34,146 nt of DNA from the NCBI GenBank assembly GCA_020426845.1, contig JAGQPF010000123.1, forward strand, positions 1-34,146. The letters are read 5' to 3'. The DNA comes from Planctomycetales bacterium. GTDB taxonomy: Bacteria; Planctomycetota; Planctomycetia; Pirellulales; Pirellulaceae. The position numbers and the translations under genes were made by a program. The notes below the pieces were generated by a model, which was given only the letters and a program-made list of their open reading frames with translations, did no database searches and was not told where the DNA came from. This document shows, piece by piece, positions 7,702-17,960 of this stretch (within the stretch, counting starts at the first letter, position 1; each line of letters opens with the position of its first letter).

Positions 7702-10494
7702 TTGAGTCAAATCGTTCTCGAGTGCCCGCACTGTAAGACCATTTTGTCCGGGCAGTCCATTCCCGCCGCCGGGACCAAACTGGACTGCCCCCAGTGCGAA
7801 CGCCCGTTTGTTGCGGAGCCGGTTCCGCTCGCGCAACTTCAAGCCCAGCGACAAGCCCAGCAGCAACAACGATTGCTTGCCGAACAGCAGCAACGATTGC
7901 TCGCCGAGCAGCAGCGTCAGCTAGCGATGCAAGAGGCGCAGCTGCGAGCACGCGCACAGGCCGAGGCGCAGCGGTCCGACCCGCTCAACCAGCCCACGCC
8001 ATCAACCTCGAGGCCGCGCACGCTCAAGGCACTCAACAAGCGCTCGCAGCCTCACATCCACCCAGCCGCGCTGATGGGGCTCGGCGCCGGCGCGGTCCTC
8101 GCCATTGCGCTGATGGTGATGATGTTCAGCGGCGGCGGAGACGAGTCGCCAAACGACGATTCCGAAACGCCGGCGAGCGGGTTGATCGCCCAGAACTCAA
8201 GCTCGGGACGATCCCCCGGCGACATCGCACAAGAGTTGCCCGTCAACTCCACGGAAGGCGGGTTTAGCGGTGGCAGCACGTTCGGCGGCGGCGGGCGTTT
8301 TGGCAGCGGTTCACCCGCCGCGTCACAACCGACCGCCTCCTCCAGCGGAAGCGAGCTTGCCTCGTCCGATTCTCCGTCGGTGAACGATTCTTCCACATCC
8401 GAGCCCGCCAACACGAGCTCGTCGCCCTCGCGCGGTGTCAGTCAATTCGCGCAATTGCCTGCATTGAAGATGGTGCCCGACACGCTGTATGGATGGCGGC
8501 CCGCACGCGAGTACATCTATCGCGTCACACTCTCCAAGAACGCCGACGGCAAAACCGAATCGCTGTCGGGCCGGATGATGTACAAGGTCAACGCCGAGGC
8601 GAGTCAGCCGATGGCGGGCACGGCCACGGGCACCGCGTTTGTCGTTCACAGCGATGGCATTTTGGTCACTTGCGCGCATGTGGTGGACTCCGCGTCCACC
8701 GTGCACGTGACGGTCGGCAACGAACGGTACCCCGCCGATGTGATCGGGTTCGACGACGAGCATGACTTGGCCGTGCTGCGCGTGCAGGCAACCGGGATGC
8801 CGTCGCTGCCGCTGGCCGACTCGGAACAAGTGCAGCTCGCCGAGGCGATTCGCGTGATCGGCTATCCGATCTCGGATATTCTCGGCACCAGCGTCAAAGT
8901 GACTCAGGGCTCAATCGCGGGCGTGGTGGACCAAGAAGTGAAGCTGTTGCAGGTGGACGCGACGGTGAATCCCGGCAATAGCGGCGGGCCGATGCTGAAC
9001 GATCGTGGCGAAGTGCTGGGAGTCGTGACTTCGGGCCTGTTTGGCAGCGACCTGGCGGAAGTGGGATTCTGCATGCCCGCCAATGACGTCCGCAACTTGT
9101 TGAAGAAAACCGGCGTGCCGTTCAAGACCGGCGGCTCCGCGGCCGCGATGGACGGCCCCGCGCTGGCCAAGGTCGCCGTGCCGAGCGTCGCCTTTGTCGA
9201 GGTGACACTTGGTGGAGGCGGAAGCGACGCGACGACCAAGCTGCTCACTTATGAAGGCGCGTTAAGCGGAGGAGTCATTCTCGGCGCGCTCGCTGCCAGC
9301 CCCTATGGCGAGGTGCTCAACGAAGAGCTGGAGTCGGAGAGCGACGAGGTCGGACTGTTCTCGGGCGACTTGGCCGGCGGTTTGTTCCAGAAAATCCCTC
9401 GCCCCGGCGTAAGCAGTTGGGAGGCCAATCGCGTCACCACCGCGATGGTCCGCAACGGAGAGAACACTCGAGAGGTTCCGGTCATGGAGCAGTCCGTCTC
9501 CGCGGTGAAGCAAGACGACAGCCAGGTGCTGGTCATCGAACGAAAGTACAGCGTCATGGCCATGGCGGACGGATCGATGGTGGAGCAACTCCCCAACGGC
9601 ACCGCGACCTGGGAGTTTGACAAAGCACAAAAGGTGCCACGCCTGGCGTCCGTCCAACTGCGTCGCCAGCGCGGCGGCCAAACCGAGTCCATCACGATCC
9701 GATACGAATTGGAGCCGCAGGGCACATCGTGGGCCACAACGCTCGAAGGCCGCACGATTATGGCGGTGAAAAGCGGCATCGCCAGAGAGGCGTTCGGTGG
9801 CGGCGCCACGCCTAGCTCGCCTAGCTCGCCGAGAACGCCGGCGCCAAGCTATGTCACCTTTACGGGTCTCGAGCCGAGCCAGAAGGTCGACTTGGCGGTC
9901 GTCACGCTCAAGGATGTCTCCAAACAATACAACCACGCCACTTGCTTGCGGGAGCTCGCGACGCTGGAGGTGATCCCCGAGCGCAAGGACGAGGTTTCCG
10001 AGGCGATCGAGGCGGCATTCCGCTACCGCCCCAACGCCCCCTACTGCATTCAGGCGTGTGTGGTGTGGGGAACCAAGCGGAACGTCGACTCGCTCCTCAC
10101 CCAGTTGGTCACGCTCAACGGCGTCACCTACGCTCGTGACGTGATCGCCGCGCTGAGAACCTGCGGGCCAACCCCCGACTCGGTCATGACCGTGATTGCG
10201 TTCTGTGGAGGCCTGTCCACTTCCAGGTCGATCTTGCTGAACGACGTGAAGCTCGAGGGGGTCAAGTTCCTCGCCGCGGCCCCGGAGTTGTCGGAGGAAG
10301 TCGCGTTGAGGCTGCTGAAGCATCCCAAGGATGAGTTGCGGATAGCCGCCTGCCAAGTCCTTGGCGCCGTCGGCAGTAAAGAAGCGCTGGTGCCGCTACG
10401 CACCGCCACCGCCAGCAACCGGGCCAACACCGCCTTGGTAAAAGCCGCCGCCAAAGAGGCTGCCAAAACGATTCAGTTCCGCATCGGCAGCTAA
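7702..10494 (+). CDS. multidomain protein: N-terminal MJ0042-type zinc ribbon, Gln-rich coiled coil, TM helix, S1C (HtrA-like) trypsin-family serine protease domain, C-terminal HEAT/PBS-lyase repeats
   Basis: The N-terminus has CPHC…CPQC, followed by the QQQRLLAEQQ repeat and the TM helix LMGLGAGAVLAIALMVMMF. The catalytic triad context is VTCAHVV, DLAVLRV and GNSGGPML. The C-terminal repeats read LRLLKHPKDELRIAACQVLGAVG. It is probably a TTG start with AAGGGG 8 nt upstream. Confidence 0.85.
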   Translation: MSQIVLECPHCKTILSGQSIPAAGTKLDCPQCERPFVAEPVPLAQLQAQRQAQQQQRLLAEQQQRLLAEQQRQLAMQEAQLRARAQAEAQRSDPLNQPTPSTSRPRTLKALNKRSQPHIHPAALMGLGAGAVLAIALMVMMFSGGGDESPNDDSETPASGLIAQNSSSGRSPGDIAQELPVNSTEGGFSGGSTFGGGGRFGSGSPAASQPTASSSGSELASSDSPSVNDSSTSEPANTSSSPSRGVSQFAQLPALKMVPDTLYGWRPAREYIYRVTLSKNADGKTESLSGRMMYKVNAEASQPMAGTATGTAFVVHSDGILVTCAHVVDSASTVHVTVGNERYPADVIGFDDEHDLAVLRVQATGMPSLPLADSEQVQLAEAIRVIGYPISDILGTSVKVTQGSIAGVVDQEVKLLQVDATVNPGNSGGPMLNDRGEVLGVVTSGLFGSDLAEVGFCMPANDVRNLLKKTGVPFKTGGSAAAMDGPALAKVAVPSVAFVEVTLGGGGSDATTKLLTYEGALSGGVILGALAASPYGEVLNEELESESDEVGLFSGDLAGGLFQKIPRPGVSSWEANRVTTAMVRNGENTREVPVMEQSVSAVKQDDSQVLVIERKYSVMAMADGSMVEQLPNGTATWEFDKAQKVPRLASVQLRRQRGGQTESITIRYELEPQGTSWATTLEGRTIMAVKSGIAREAFGGGATPSSPSSPRTPAPSYVTFTGLEPSQKVDLAVVTLKDVSKQYNHATCLRELATLEVIPERKDEVSEAIEAAFRYRPNAPYCIQACVVWGTKRNVDSLLTQLVTLNGVTYARDVIAALRTCGPTPDSVMTVIAFCGGLSTSRSILLNDVKLEGVKFLAAAPELSEEVALRLLKHPKDELRIAACQVLGAVGSKEALVPLRTATASNRANTALVKAAAKEAAKTIQFRIGS

Positions 10495-10509
10495 CCGCGA
10501 GCTCGCGCG

Positions 10510-10695
10510 CCTCGGCCGGCGCAAGTCGGCTGCGCAGTGCCGCACGGGCGAGGGCGCCCATGCTACGCGCGAAGCGTGCCTTCGCCGGCGCAAGTGGGCT
10601 GCGCAATGCCGCACGGGCGAGGGCGCCCATGCTACGCGCGAAGCGTGCCTTGGCCGGCGCAAGTGGGCTGCGCAGTGCCGCACGGGGCCTTGCTC
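10510..10695. repeat. Family-B tandem repeat: about 2.7 copies of an approximately 61-bp unit (GGCCGGCGCAAGTGGGCTGCGCAGTGCCGCACGGGCGAGGGCGCCCATGCTACGCGCGAAGCGTGCCTT)
   Basis: The direct repetition is visible in the sequence. It lies in the convergent intergenic region between the protease gene and ettA. A related copy at 14263-14380 is in the inverted orientation. Confidence 0.8.
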
Positions 10696-10731
10696 ATCCG
10701 TGTTTCATCGGTGTTGCATCCGTGGCCATTC
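10696..10731 (-). repeat. Family-D element, second copy, 11 nt 3' of the ettA stop codon
   Basis: The minus-sense sequence is TGGCCACGGATGCAACACCGATGAAACACGGATGAGCA, compared with TGGCCACGGATGAACACGGTTGAAACACGGATGAGCA at 1453-1490. Confidence 0.5.
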
Positions 10732-10741
10732 ATGGCGACGC

Positions 10742-12418
10742 TTAGCTTTGGGCCATGCGTTTGTAGCGGAAACGCTTGGGCTCGTCGTCGCTGATGCCGA
10801 GCCGCTCGCGACGCTGCGTCTCGTAGGCCTCGAAGTTGCCCTCGCACCAGTGCACATAGGCGTCGCCTTCGAAGGCCAAAATGTGCGTGGCGATGCGATC
10901 GAGGAACCAGCGGTCGTGGGTGATCACGACCACGCAGCCGGCGTAGTTGAGAATCGCCTCCTCTAGCGCCCGTAGCGTGTCGACGTCCAGGTCGTTCGTC
11001 GGCTCGTCCAACAGCAAGACGTTGGAGCCGCGCCGCAGCAGCTTGGCCAGGTGCACGCGATTCCGCTCGCCGCCGGAGAGATTGCCGACCTTCTTCTCCT
11101 GATCGGGGCCGCGGAAGTTGAACCGCGAGACGTACGCGCGGGCGTTCACCTTGCGGCCGCCCATCTCCAGCGTCTCGTGGCCGCCCGAGATCTCCTGAAA
11201 AACGGTCTTCTCCGGGTCCAGCGCATCTCGGTTCTGGTCCACGTAGCCCATCTCGACCGTCGCCCCAACTCGCAGCGTGCCGGAATCGGGCTCCTGCTCG
11301 CCGGTCATCATGCGGAACAGCGTCGTCTTGCCGGCGCCGTTGGGGCCGATCACACCGACGATGCCGCCCGCCGGCAAGCGAAAGGTCAGGTTCTCGACCA
11401 GCAGGTTCTCGCCGAACGACTTCGTGATGTTGCTGGCCTCGACCACCAAGTCGCCCAGGTGCTTGCCGGGCGGGATCTGGATTTCGAACTCGTCGGGCCG
11501 CTCCTCGAATTGCGCCGAGGCGAGCTCCTCGTATGCCTTCAAGCGGGCCTTGCTCTTGGCCTGCCGAGCTTTCGGGGCCATCCGCACCCACTCGAGCTCG
11601 CGAGCCAGCGTGCGTTGCCGCGCGACGTTCGAGCGTTCCTCCTGAGCCAGCCGCGCCTGCTTCTGCTCGAGCCAGGACGAGTAGTTGCCTTCCCAGGGAA
11701 TGCCCTTGCCGCGATCCAATTCGAGGATCCAGCCGGCGACATTGTCGAGGAAGTAGCGATCGTGCGTGACGGCGACGACCGTGCCCTGGTATTCGTGCAA
11801 GGTGCGTTCGAGCCAGGCGACCGCCTCGGCGTCCAGGTGGTTGGTCGGCTCGTCCAGCAACAGCAGATCGGGACGTCGCAGCAGCAACTTGCACAGCGCC
11901 ACTCGGCGCCGCTCGCCGCCGGAAAGTTTCGCGACGTCGGCGTCCTTGGCCGGGAGGTTCATCACGTCCATCGCGATTTCGACTTCCCGGTCCAGCTCCC
12001 AGGTGTTGTTGGCTTCGATCACATCCTGCAGCCGCGCCATCTCGTCGCACAGCTTTTGCATGCGGTCGTCATCCATCGGCTCGGCCAACAACACGCCGAT
12101 CTCGTTGTAGCGATCGAGCACGGCGCGTCGGTCGGCGACAGCCTCCTGCACATTGCCCCAAACATCTTTCTCGGGGTTCAGCTGCGGCTCTTGTGACAGA
12201 TACCCGCACGTGAAGCCGTCGGTCAGTCGCGCCTCGCCGTCAAACTCTTTGTCGAGCTCGGCCATGATTCGCAGCAGGGTGCTTTTGCCCGCCCCGTTGC
12301 GGCCGAGCACGCCGATTTTGGCGCCCGGATAAAAGGAGAGCCAGATCTCCTTTAGCACCTCGCGCTGGCCGTGCTTCTTGGTCAGGTTCGTGATCGTGTA
12401 GATGTATTGCTTTCCCAT
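10742..12418 (-). CDS. ettA: energy-dependent translational throttle protein EttA (ABC-F family ATPase)
   Basis: It is near-collinear with E. coli EttA/YjjK. Shared segments include [49 protein letters not shown] and [24 protein letters not shown], with two Walker A and two signature motifs. The true start is MGKQYIY (ATG 12416-12418, GGAGAGG RBS). The upstream ORF extension translates the family-A palindrome. Confidence 0.92.
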   Translation of the reverse strand: MGKQYIYTITNLTKKHGQREVLKEIWLSFYPGAKIGVLGRNGAGKSTLLRIMAELDKEFDGEARLTDGFTCGYLSQEPQLNPEKDVWGNVQEAVADRRAVLDRYNEIGVLLAEPMDDDRMQKLCDEMARLQDVIEANNTWELDREVEIAMDVMNLPAKDADVAKLSGGERRRVALCKLLLRRPDLLLLDEPTNHLDAEAVAWLERTLHEYQGTVVAVTHDRYFLDNVAGWILELDRGKGIPWEGNYSSWLEQKQARLAQEERSNVARQRTLARELEWVRMAPKARQAKSKARLKAYEELASAQFEERPDEFEIQIPPGKHLGDLVVEASNITKSFGENLLVENLTFRLPAGGIVGVIGPNGAGKTTLFRMMTGEQEPDSGTLRVGATVEMGYVDQNRDALDPEKTVFQEISGGHETLEMGGRKVNARAYVSRFNFRGPDQEKKVGNLSGGERNRVHLAKLLRRGSNVLLLDEPTNDLDVDTLRALEEAILNYAGCVVVITHDRWFLDRIATHILAFEGDAYVHWCEGNFEAYETQRRERLGISDDEPKRFRYKRMAQS

Positions 12419-12440
12419 GACGGGAATTCCTCTCCGTAGC

Positions 12441-12513
12441 ACAGGCTGCCAGCCTGTGATCATTTTTGTTAACTAGGAACCTGTTGGGCCGCAGGTTGCA
12501 GGCTGGCAGCCTG
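12441..12513. repeat. Two further family-A palindrome copies (cacaggctgccagcctgtg at 12441-12463; gcaggctggcagcctgc at 12497-12513)
   Basis: These are the same CAGGCTGGCAGCCTG palindrome as the 7085-7305 array. They sit between the guaA stop and the ettA start. Confidence 0.8.
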
Positions 12514-12548
12514 CACTACGACGAGTTTTCAACGGGCTTCCCGGCTGC

Positions 12549-14138
12549 TCACTCCCACTCGATGGTGGCCGGTGGCTTGGAGCTGATGTCGTAACAAACT
12601 CGGTTCACGCCTTTGACTTCGTTAATGATTCGCGTCGAAATGCGAGCCAGCAAGTCGTAGGGCAGGTGGCTCCAGTCGGCGGTCATAAAATCTTCGGTGC
12701 TGACGCAACGAACCGCGATCGTGCTTTCGTAGGTACGCAGATCGCCCATGACTCCGACACTTTGCACCGGCAACAACACCGCGAACGCTTGCGACGTGGC
12801 GCGGTACCAACCGGCCGCCTTGATCTCGCCAACGACGATCGCGTCGGCCTCCCGCAGCATCCGCAGCCCCTCTTCGGTCACCTCGCCCAGGCACCGCACG
12901 GCGAGCCCCGGTCCGGGGAACGGGTGCCGCCAAACCAGCTCCTCGGGCAGGCCAAGCTCCAGCCCCAGCCGCCGCACTTCGTCTTTAAACAGGTCGCGGA
13001 GCGGCTCGATCAACTCAAAGCCCAGCTCGTCCGGCAGTCCGCCCACGTTGTGGTGCAGCTTGATGGTGGCCGCCGGGCCGTCGGGGGCCGCGCCGCTTTC
13101 GATCACGTCGGGATATAGCGTGCCTTGAGCGAGAAAGTGAGCGTTCTCGACCTTGCTCGCCTCTTCCTTGAAGCAGCGAATGAATTCAGCGCCGATGCGG
13201 CGACGCTTTTCCTGCGGCTCGGTGATGCCCGCCAGAACCTCCATAAAGCGGTCGCCGGCGTTGACGACGTGCAGATCGGTCTTGAAGTGGTTCGTGAACT
13301 CCTCGACCACCGACTCCTCCTCGGCCTTCCGCAGCAGTCCGTTGTCGACCAGGATGCAGGTCAACTGCGAGCCGATCGCCTTGGAGAGCAGGGCGGCGAC
13401 CACCGACGAGTCGACACCGCCGGAGAGTCCACAAATCACGCGAGCGTCACCAACTCGTCGGCGAACGTTTTCGATCACCTCGGCCGCGAAGTCGCCGAGT
13501 TTCCAGGTGCCTTCGCAGCCGCAGACGGCGCCGAGGAAATTGGCGAGCAACCTTTTGCCTTCGGGCGTGTGCGTCACCTCCGGGTGGAACTGCAACCCGT
13601 AAACGGGCAGCGACGTATGTTTCACCGCCGCAAACGGACAGGTGTCGGTCCGCGCCAGCGAGCGAAACTCGTCCGACACTTCGGAGACCTGATCGCCGTG
13701 GCTCATCCAGACTTCCGACTCGTCGGGGAAGCCGGCGAGCAACGGGTCCTCCGCGTCAACGACATAGCATTGCGAGCGACCGTACTCGCGGGATTCGGCG
13801 CTCTCGACTCGGCCGCCCAGAGCTTCGCAGGCCAGCTGCATCCCGTAACAAATGCCCAGCACGGGGATGCCGAGCTGAAACAGTTGCGGATCGCACTTGG
13901 GCGCCCCGTCGTCGTAAACACTCGACGGGCTGCCCGACAGGATCAAGCCCTTGGGTCGCCTCGCCAGCACCGCGTCGACGGCGATATCGTGTCGCACAAT
14001 TTCGCAGAACACCTCCTGCTCGCGGACCCGGCGCGCGATTAATTGTGCGTATTGGGAGCCAAAATCGAGGATCAAAACGCGTTGATCCGTCAGCGTCGTG
14101 TGCGCCGACTGAGGGGCGACCTGCGTCATCGCGCTCAT
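12549..14138 (-). CDS. guaA: GMP synthase (glutamine-hydrolysing)
   Basis: It is collinear with E. coli GuaA, with a class-I glutamine amidotransferase domain ([15 protein letters not shown]), the ATP-PPase motif [10 protein letters not shown] and the C-terminal KPPATIEWE. The start is MSAMTQ or MTQ (14138 or 14129). The listed 761-aa ORF is over-extended through repeat family B. Confidence 0.92.
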   Translation of the reverse strand: MSAMTQVAPQSAHTTLTDQRVLILDFGSQYAQLIARRVREQEVFCEIVRHDIAVDAVLARRPKGLILSGSPSSVYDDGAPKCDPQLFQLGIPVLGICYGMQLACEALGGRVESAESREYGRSQCYVVDAEDPLLAGFPDESEVWMSHGDQVSEVSDEFRSLARTDTCPFAAVKHTSLPVYGLQFHPEVTHTPEGKRLLANFLGAVCGCEGTWKLGDFAAEVIENVRRRVGDARVICGLSGGVDSSVVAALLSKAIGSQLTCILVDNGLLRKAEEESVVEEFTNHFKTDLHVVNAGDRFMEVLAGITEPQEKRRRIGAEFIRCFKEEASKVENAHFLAQGTLYPDVIESGAAPDGPAATIKLHHNVGGLPDELGFELIEPLRDLFKDEVRRLGLELGLPEELVWRHPFPGPGLAVRCLGEVTEEGLRMLREADAIVVGEIKAAGWYRATSQAFAVLLPVQSVGVMGDLRTYESTIAVRCVSTEDFMTADWSHLPYDLLARISTRIINEVKGVNRVCYDISSKPPATIEWE

Positions 14139-14262
14139 CCGTGGGTAAGCGGGCGAAGTGCTGCGAGTGCCGGCAATTGCTTGCATAACTCGCCTGTGAG
14201 GCGTTGGAAGCCCCGAATTATATGCGTTGATCGCCCGGCACACTACGGGGTGCCTGGCGGCG

Positions 14263-14380
14263 GACGCCCGTGACTTCGTGCCCTTCGCGTACCATGGGCG
14301 TCTCGCCCGTGACTTCGTGCCCTTCGCGTAGCATGGGCGTCTTGAGCGAGGACGCGCAAGGACGCCCATGCTACGGACGA
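14263..14380. repeat. Family-B related repeats: two copies of a 36-bp unit (CCCGTGACTTCGTGCCCTTCGCGTAnCATGGGCGTCT) plus an inverted partial copy
   Basis: The direct repeat is followed by gacgcccatgctacgg, the reverse complement of the unit's end. It lies in the divergent guaA/surE promoter region. Confidence 0.75.
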
Positions 14381-14463
14381 TCCAAGCGGCTGCTCGCTGC
14401 AAAACAGCGACGAACTGCGTGGGGATCTGTCGGAAGCCGCGTCGAGCCGTTAGATTCCCAAGC

Positions 14464-15219
14464 ATGAACATCCTCCTCACTAATGACGATGGCGTGTACG
14501 CGCCGGGTTTGGCCGCCCTGTACCAGGAACTCACTGCGCTCGGCGATGTGCACGTCGTGGCGCCGCTGACGGAGCAATCCGGCGTAGCCCACTCGATCAC
14601 CTTTCTGTCGCCGCTGGTTGTGCGCAAGATCTTCAACGGTCCCGGCGAGGTGTCGTGGGGCGTCGAAGGCAGTCCGGCCGACTGCGTGAAGTTGGGGCTA
14701 TTCGAGTGTTGCCCGGTGCGTCCCGACCTGGTCGTCAGCGGCATCAACGGCGGCTTGAACGCCGGCATCAACGTGCTGTATTCGGGAACCGTGGCCGCGG
14801 CCATCGAAGGCGCCTTCTTCGGCATCACCAGCATGGCGGTGTCGCTGGAGTACGACGAGCACGCCGACTTCCCGACTGCGGCGAAAATCGCGCGTCGGGT
14901 GCTCGAGCAGGTGCTGCCGCGAACGGAAGGCCCGCAACTCTACAATCTGAACATCCCGACCGTGGCGTTAAACGGCCCACGCGAGATCCACGTGACGCCG
15001 ATGGGTCTGGCTCGATACGGCGAGCACTTCATCAAGCGACAGGATCCCAAGGGCCGCGACTACTATTGGGCGACCACCGACCCGCCACCGTCCACCGAGG
15101 ACGCCGACACCGATCTGGCGGCATTGGAGCGGGGACACATCACGCTCACGCCGCTGGAGTTTGATTTGACCAAACGCGACCTCTTGGGCACGATGAAGGA
15201 TTGGCGGCTGGAGATATAA
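14464..15219 (+). CDS. surE: 5'/3'-nucleotidase SurE
   Basis: The N-terminus [16 protein letters not shown], together with SGINGGLN and the overall approximately 250-aa length, is typical of SurE. The ATG is at 14464 within the longer ORF 14368..15219. Confidence 0.9.
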   Translation: MNILLTNDDGVYAPGLAALYQELTALGDVHVVAPLTEQSGVAHSITFLSPLVVRKIFNGPGEVSWGVEGSPADCVKLGLFECCPVRPDLVVSGINGGLNAGINVLYSGTVAAAIEGAFFGITSMAVSLEYDEHADFPTAAKIARRVLEQVLPRTEGPQLYNLNIPTVALNGPREIHVTPMGLARYGEHFIKRQDPKGRDYYWATTDPPPSTEDADTDLAALERGHITLTPLEFDLTKRDLLGTMKDWRLEI

Positions 15220-15312
15220 TGATTCGGTTTAAGTCCAGTAGGGTGACGGGGTGGGCAATTCGATCCCTCGCTTACGCTAGCGCCAGCGACAGATAGGCCT
15301 CCGAAAAACCGT

Positions 15313-15335
15313 ACGACGGACTTCCAGTCCGTCGA
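15313..15335 (+). terminator. terminator-like hairpin (9-bp perfect stem, 3-nt loop) downstream of surE, with no U-tract
   Basis: The hairpin is cgacggact-tcc-agtccgtcg, about 95 nt after the surE stop. Confidence 0.3.
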
Positions 15336-15412
15336 GAACCTGCTGGGTTCCTTAGCCTCGATTCGCCATTAGTGGTTCCGTTACGGCCTTCTCCCTTCAC
15401 TCTCGGTGCCCC

Positions 15413-15904
15413 ATGACTGCTTTCGCTTCTCGCTTGTCGGCCATCCTGAGTCTGCTGGTGTTGCTGGTGTCGATCGTTGGCTGCGGTGGATCGGCCGAGT
15501 ACGACGCTGCCGCGAAGACGCCGCCCTCGGAGCCGACGCCAACTCCGGAGCCTGTCGAGAAAGCCGCGCCCAAGCCCGTGGAAACCGAGCGGGTGGTCGC
15601 CGATGTGGGCGTCGGAGCCAAGGGGCGGTCGCTGGATGAGTACGAGGGCGGCGTAGAGGGTGCAATTGCCGCTCCGGCCAAGGCCTTGTTCGCCGCCAAG
15701 GAGAACGCGGCGTATAACATCCAGGTCAAGCACGCGCTCGAACTCTACCGAGCGACCAGCGGCGACTACCCGAAGTCACACGACGATTTCATGCGGGATA
15801 TCATCAAGTTCAACCAAATCAAACTGCCGCCGCTGCCCGAAGGCCAACGCTACGTCTACGATCCGGAGCAGGCCAAGCTGATGGTCGAGCGTCCCAAGCG
15901 GTGA
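15413..15904 (+). CDS. small lipoprotein (163 aa), function unknown
   Basis: The signal peptide MTAFASRLSAILSLLVLLVSIVGC is followed by a Pro/Glu/Thr-rich linker and a globular C-terminal domain. Confidence 0.7.
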   Translation: MTAFASRLSAILSLLVLLVSIVGCGGSAEYDAAAKTPPSEPTPTPEPVEKAAPKPVETERVVADVGVGAKGRSLDEYEGGVEGAIAAPAKALFAAKENAAYNIQVKHALELYRATSGDYPKSHDDFMRDIIKFNQIKLPPLPEGQRYVYDPEQAKLMVERPKR

Positions 15905-16023
15905 AGAAGGCGTCGGGGGGCGGGGTCGCGGCTTGGACCGAAATGCGCTATGCTCATGGCAGTCGTTGCCGGCTCTATAGTGAGAGGCCGGATCGCAGCT
16001 TCCCGCATCTTTAAAGGTCGACT

Positions 16024-16836
16024 GTGCGAATCATGCTGGTGGGAGACGTGGTGGGCAAGCCCGGTCTCCAATTCACGGTCCGCTGCATTCGCGGTCTCAA
16101 GCGTCGGGAGTTAGTCGACATCGCCGTGGTCAACGCGGAGAACGCCGCCGATGGCTCGGGGCTGACCCCGCCGATGTTCCACTCGCTGATCGACGCGGGG
16201 GCGGACTGCGTCACGCTCGGCGATCACATCTATCGCCGCCGCGAAATCTTTGAAGTCCTGGAGAGCGACAACCGGATCGTCAAGCCGTGCAACTATCCGG
16301 ACGACGCCCCCGGCAAGCGTTGGACGGTAGTGTCCACTCCCAGTGGTGCCTCGGTAGGCATCTTCAGCGCCCTGGGACGAGTGTTCATGAAGCCGGTCGA
16401 CTGCCCGTTTCGAGCGGCCGACCGGGTGCTGGAGGAGATGCCGTCCGAGGCCAAAATCCGCCTGCTGGACTTTCATGCGGAAGCCACCAGCGACATGCAG
16501 CTGATGGGGCGGTACCTCGACGGACGCGTCTCCGCCGTGCTCGGCACACACACCCACGTGCCGACGGCCGACGAGCAGATTCTGCCGGGCGGCACCGCCT
16601 TTCAATCGGATGTCGGCATGACGGGCCCGCACGACAGCATCCTGGGCCGGCAAATCGACAAGGTGCAGGAGACGACGCTGACGTTTCGGCCCACGTTTTT
16701 TCAGGTCGCCAAAAACGACGTCAAGCTGCATGCCACGGTCGTCGACGTGAACGACCGGACCGGCGCTGCCACCGACATTCGCCGCGTGGTGGTGACTCAG
16801 GACGACGTCAAGGAACTCGAGCAGCTCATCGCTTGA
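16024..16836 (+). CDS. YmdB-like metallophosphoesterase (TIGR00282; 2',3'-cyclic-nucleotide phosphodiesterase family)
   Basis: The GTG start gives MRIMLVGDVVGKPG. The segments VNAENAADGSG, LGDH and GTHTHVPTAD are as in B. subtilis YmdB. Confidence 0.85.
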   Translation: MRIMLVGDVVGKPGLQFTVRCIRGLKRRELVDIAVVNAENAADGSGLTPPMFHSLIDAGADCVTLGDHIYRRREIFEVLESDNRIVKPCNYPDDAPGKRWTVVSTPSGASVGIFSALGRVFMKPVDCPFRAADRVLEEMPSEAKIRLLDFHAEATSDMQLMGRYLDGRVSAVLGTHTHVPTADEQILPGGTAFQSDVGMTGPHDSILGRQIDKVQETTLTFRPTFFQVAKNDVKLHATVVDVNDRTGAATDIRRVVVTQDDVKELEQLIA

Positions 16837-16904
16837 GCCGCCACGGTTCGCGATATAATGCGGCGGCTTCGCGCCGCTGATGCCGTCACCGCGAGATCCG
16901 ACCG

Positions 16905-17960
16905 ATGCCCCGCCACCATGTCTTTGAATTCCTCGAATCCACGCCGACCGAGCCGACCGTGGCGGCGATCTACGGCAACGTCTCTCTGCTGCGTGGACTA
17001 GGTCGCAAGCACTTTCTCGACCACTGCGCGGCCGACGCCGACGTGACCTATTTCGATGGCGCGAAAGCGGCCGTGCCGTGGCGCGACGTGCGCGACGAGA
17101 TGGCGACCGGATCGTTGTTCAGCCAAGGCAAGCGTTACGTCTGGATCCGTGACGCGGACGACTTCGTCTCGCAAAATCGACGGACGCTCGAGACCTATCT
17201 GGAGTTGCCGCTGGCGACGAGCGTGCTGGTGCTCGAGCTTTCGGCATTCGCCGCCAATACCAATGTCTACCGGCGCATCAACGAAATCGGCTTGATCGTC
17301 GACTGCCGCGAGCCGCTCTTGGAGCGTCGCGCGGGCAAGCCCGCCCCGGATATGCAGCGGATCGCCAAGTGGCTTTGTTGGCGGGCACAAACCGCCTACC
17401 AGTGTCAGCTGGAGTTGACCGGGGCGCAGGCGATGCTCGAACTGGTCGGGCTCGAGTTCGGGCTGCTGGATCAGGAGCTGGCCCGGCTGGCGTTGTTTGC
17501 CGAAGTCGGCGCCAAGATGACCGCCAAGGACGTCCGCAAACATTGCGGCGGCTGGCGTTCCCAAACGACTTGGACGATGTTGGACGCGATGCTGGACGGC
17601 GATGTGCGGGACGCGATGCTCCAGCTGCATCAGCTGCTGCTGTCCGGCGAAGTCCCCAACGCGTTGTTCGGACAGATCAGTTGGTCGCTGCGGCGATTCG
17701 CGGTCGCCGTGCGACTGTTCCGCCGCGCCCAGCGTCACGGCGATCGGATGTCTCTGACCGACGCGCTGAAGCAGGCCGGCTTCCAGCCGTTTTTGGTCGC
17801 CAAAGCGGAGAAGCAGCTCCGACGCCTCGGCGCCGCGCGGGCCGGACTGCTGGCCGATCAGTTGATGGAGCTGGACTTGGCCCTGAAGGGCTCTCACTCC
17901 CATGGCACTCGAGCGCGATTCGCGCTGGAGCAACTGGTCCTGCAGATCGCCAAGCCATGA
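16905..17960 (+). CDS. holA: DNA polymerase III delta subunit
   Basis: At 351 aa, it shows the delta-subunit N-terminal pattern (…YGNVSLL…, …SVLVLEL…) and a helical C-terminal domain. The stop overlaps the next start (ATGA). Confidence 0.65.
   Translation: MPRHHVFEFLESTPTEPTVAAIYGNVSLLRGLGRKHFLDHCAADADVTYFDGAKAAVPWRDVRDEMATGSLFSQGKRYVWIRDADDFVSQNRRTLETYLELPLATSVLVLELSAFAANTNVYRRINEIGLIVDCREPLLERRAGKPAPDMQRIAKWLCWRAQTAYQCQLELTGAQAMLELVGLEFGLLDQELARLALFAEVGAKMTAKDVRKHCGGWRSQTTWTMLDAMLDGDVRDAMLQLHQLLLSGEVPNALFGQISWSLRRFAVAVRLFRRAQRHGDRMSLTDALKQAGFQPFLVAKAEKQLRRLGAARAGLLADQLMELDLALKGSHSHGTRARFALEQLVLQIAKP

Noticed and set aside
9262-10356. 364-aa minus ORF
   Set aside because: Antisense of the protease-domain gene, with no motifs.
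10632-12196. 472-aa minus ORF (other frame) and 381-aa + ORF overlapping ettA
   Set aside because: The ettA frame has unmistakable ABC-F motifs. These are GC-rich shadows.
14138-14834. 232-codon N-terminal extension of the guaA ORF
   Set aside because: It translates the family-B repeats (…[25 protein letters not shown]…). GuaA homology begins at MSAMTQ/MTQ.
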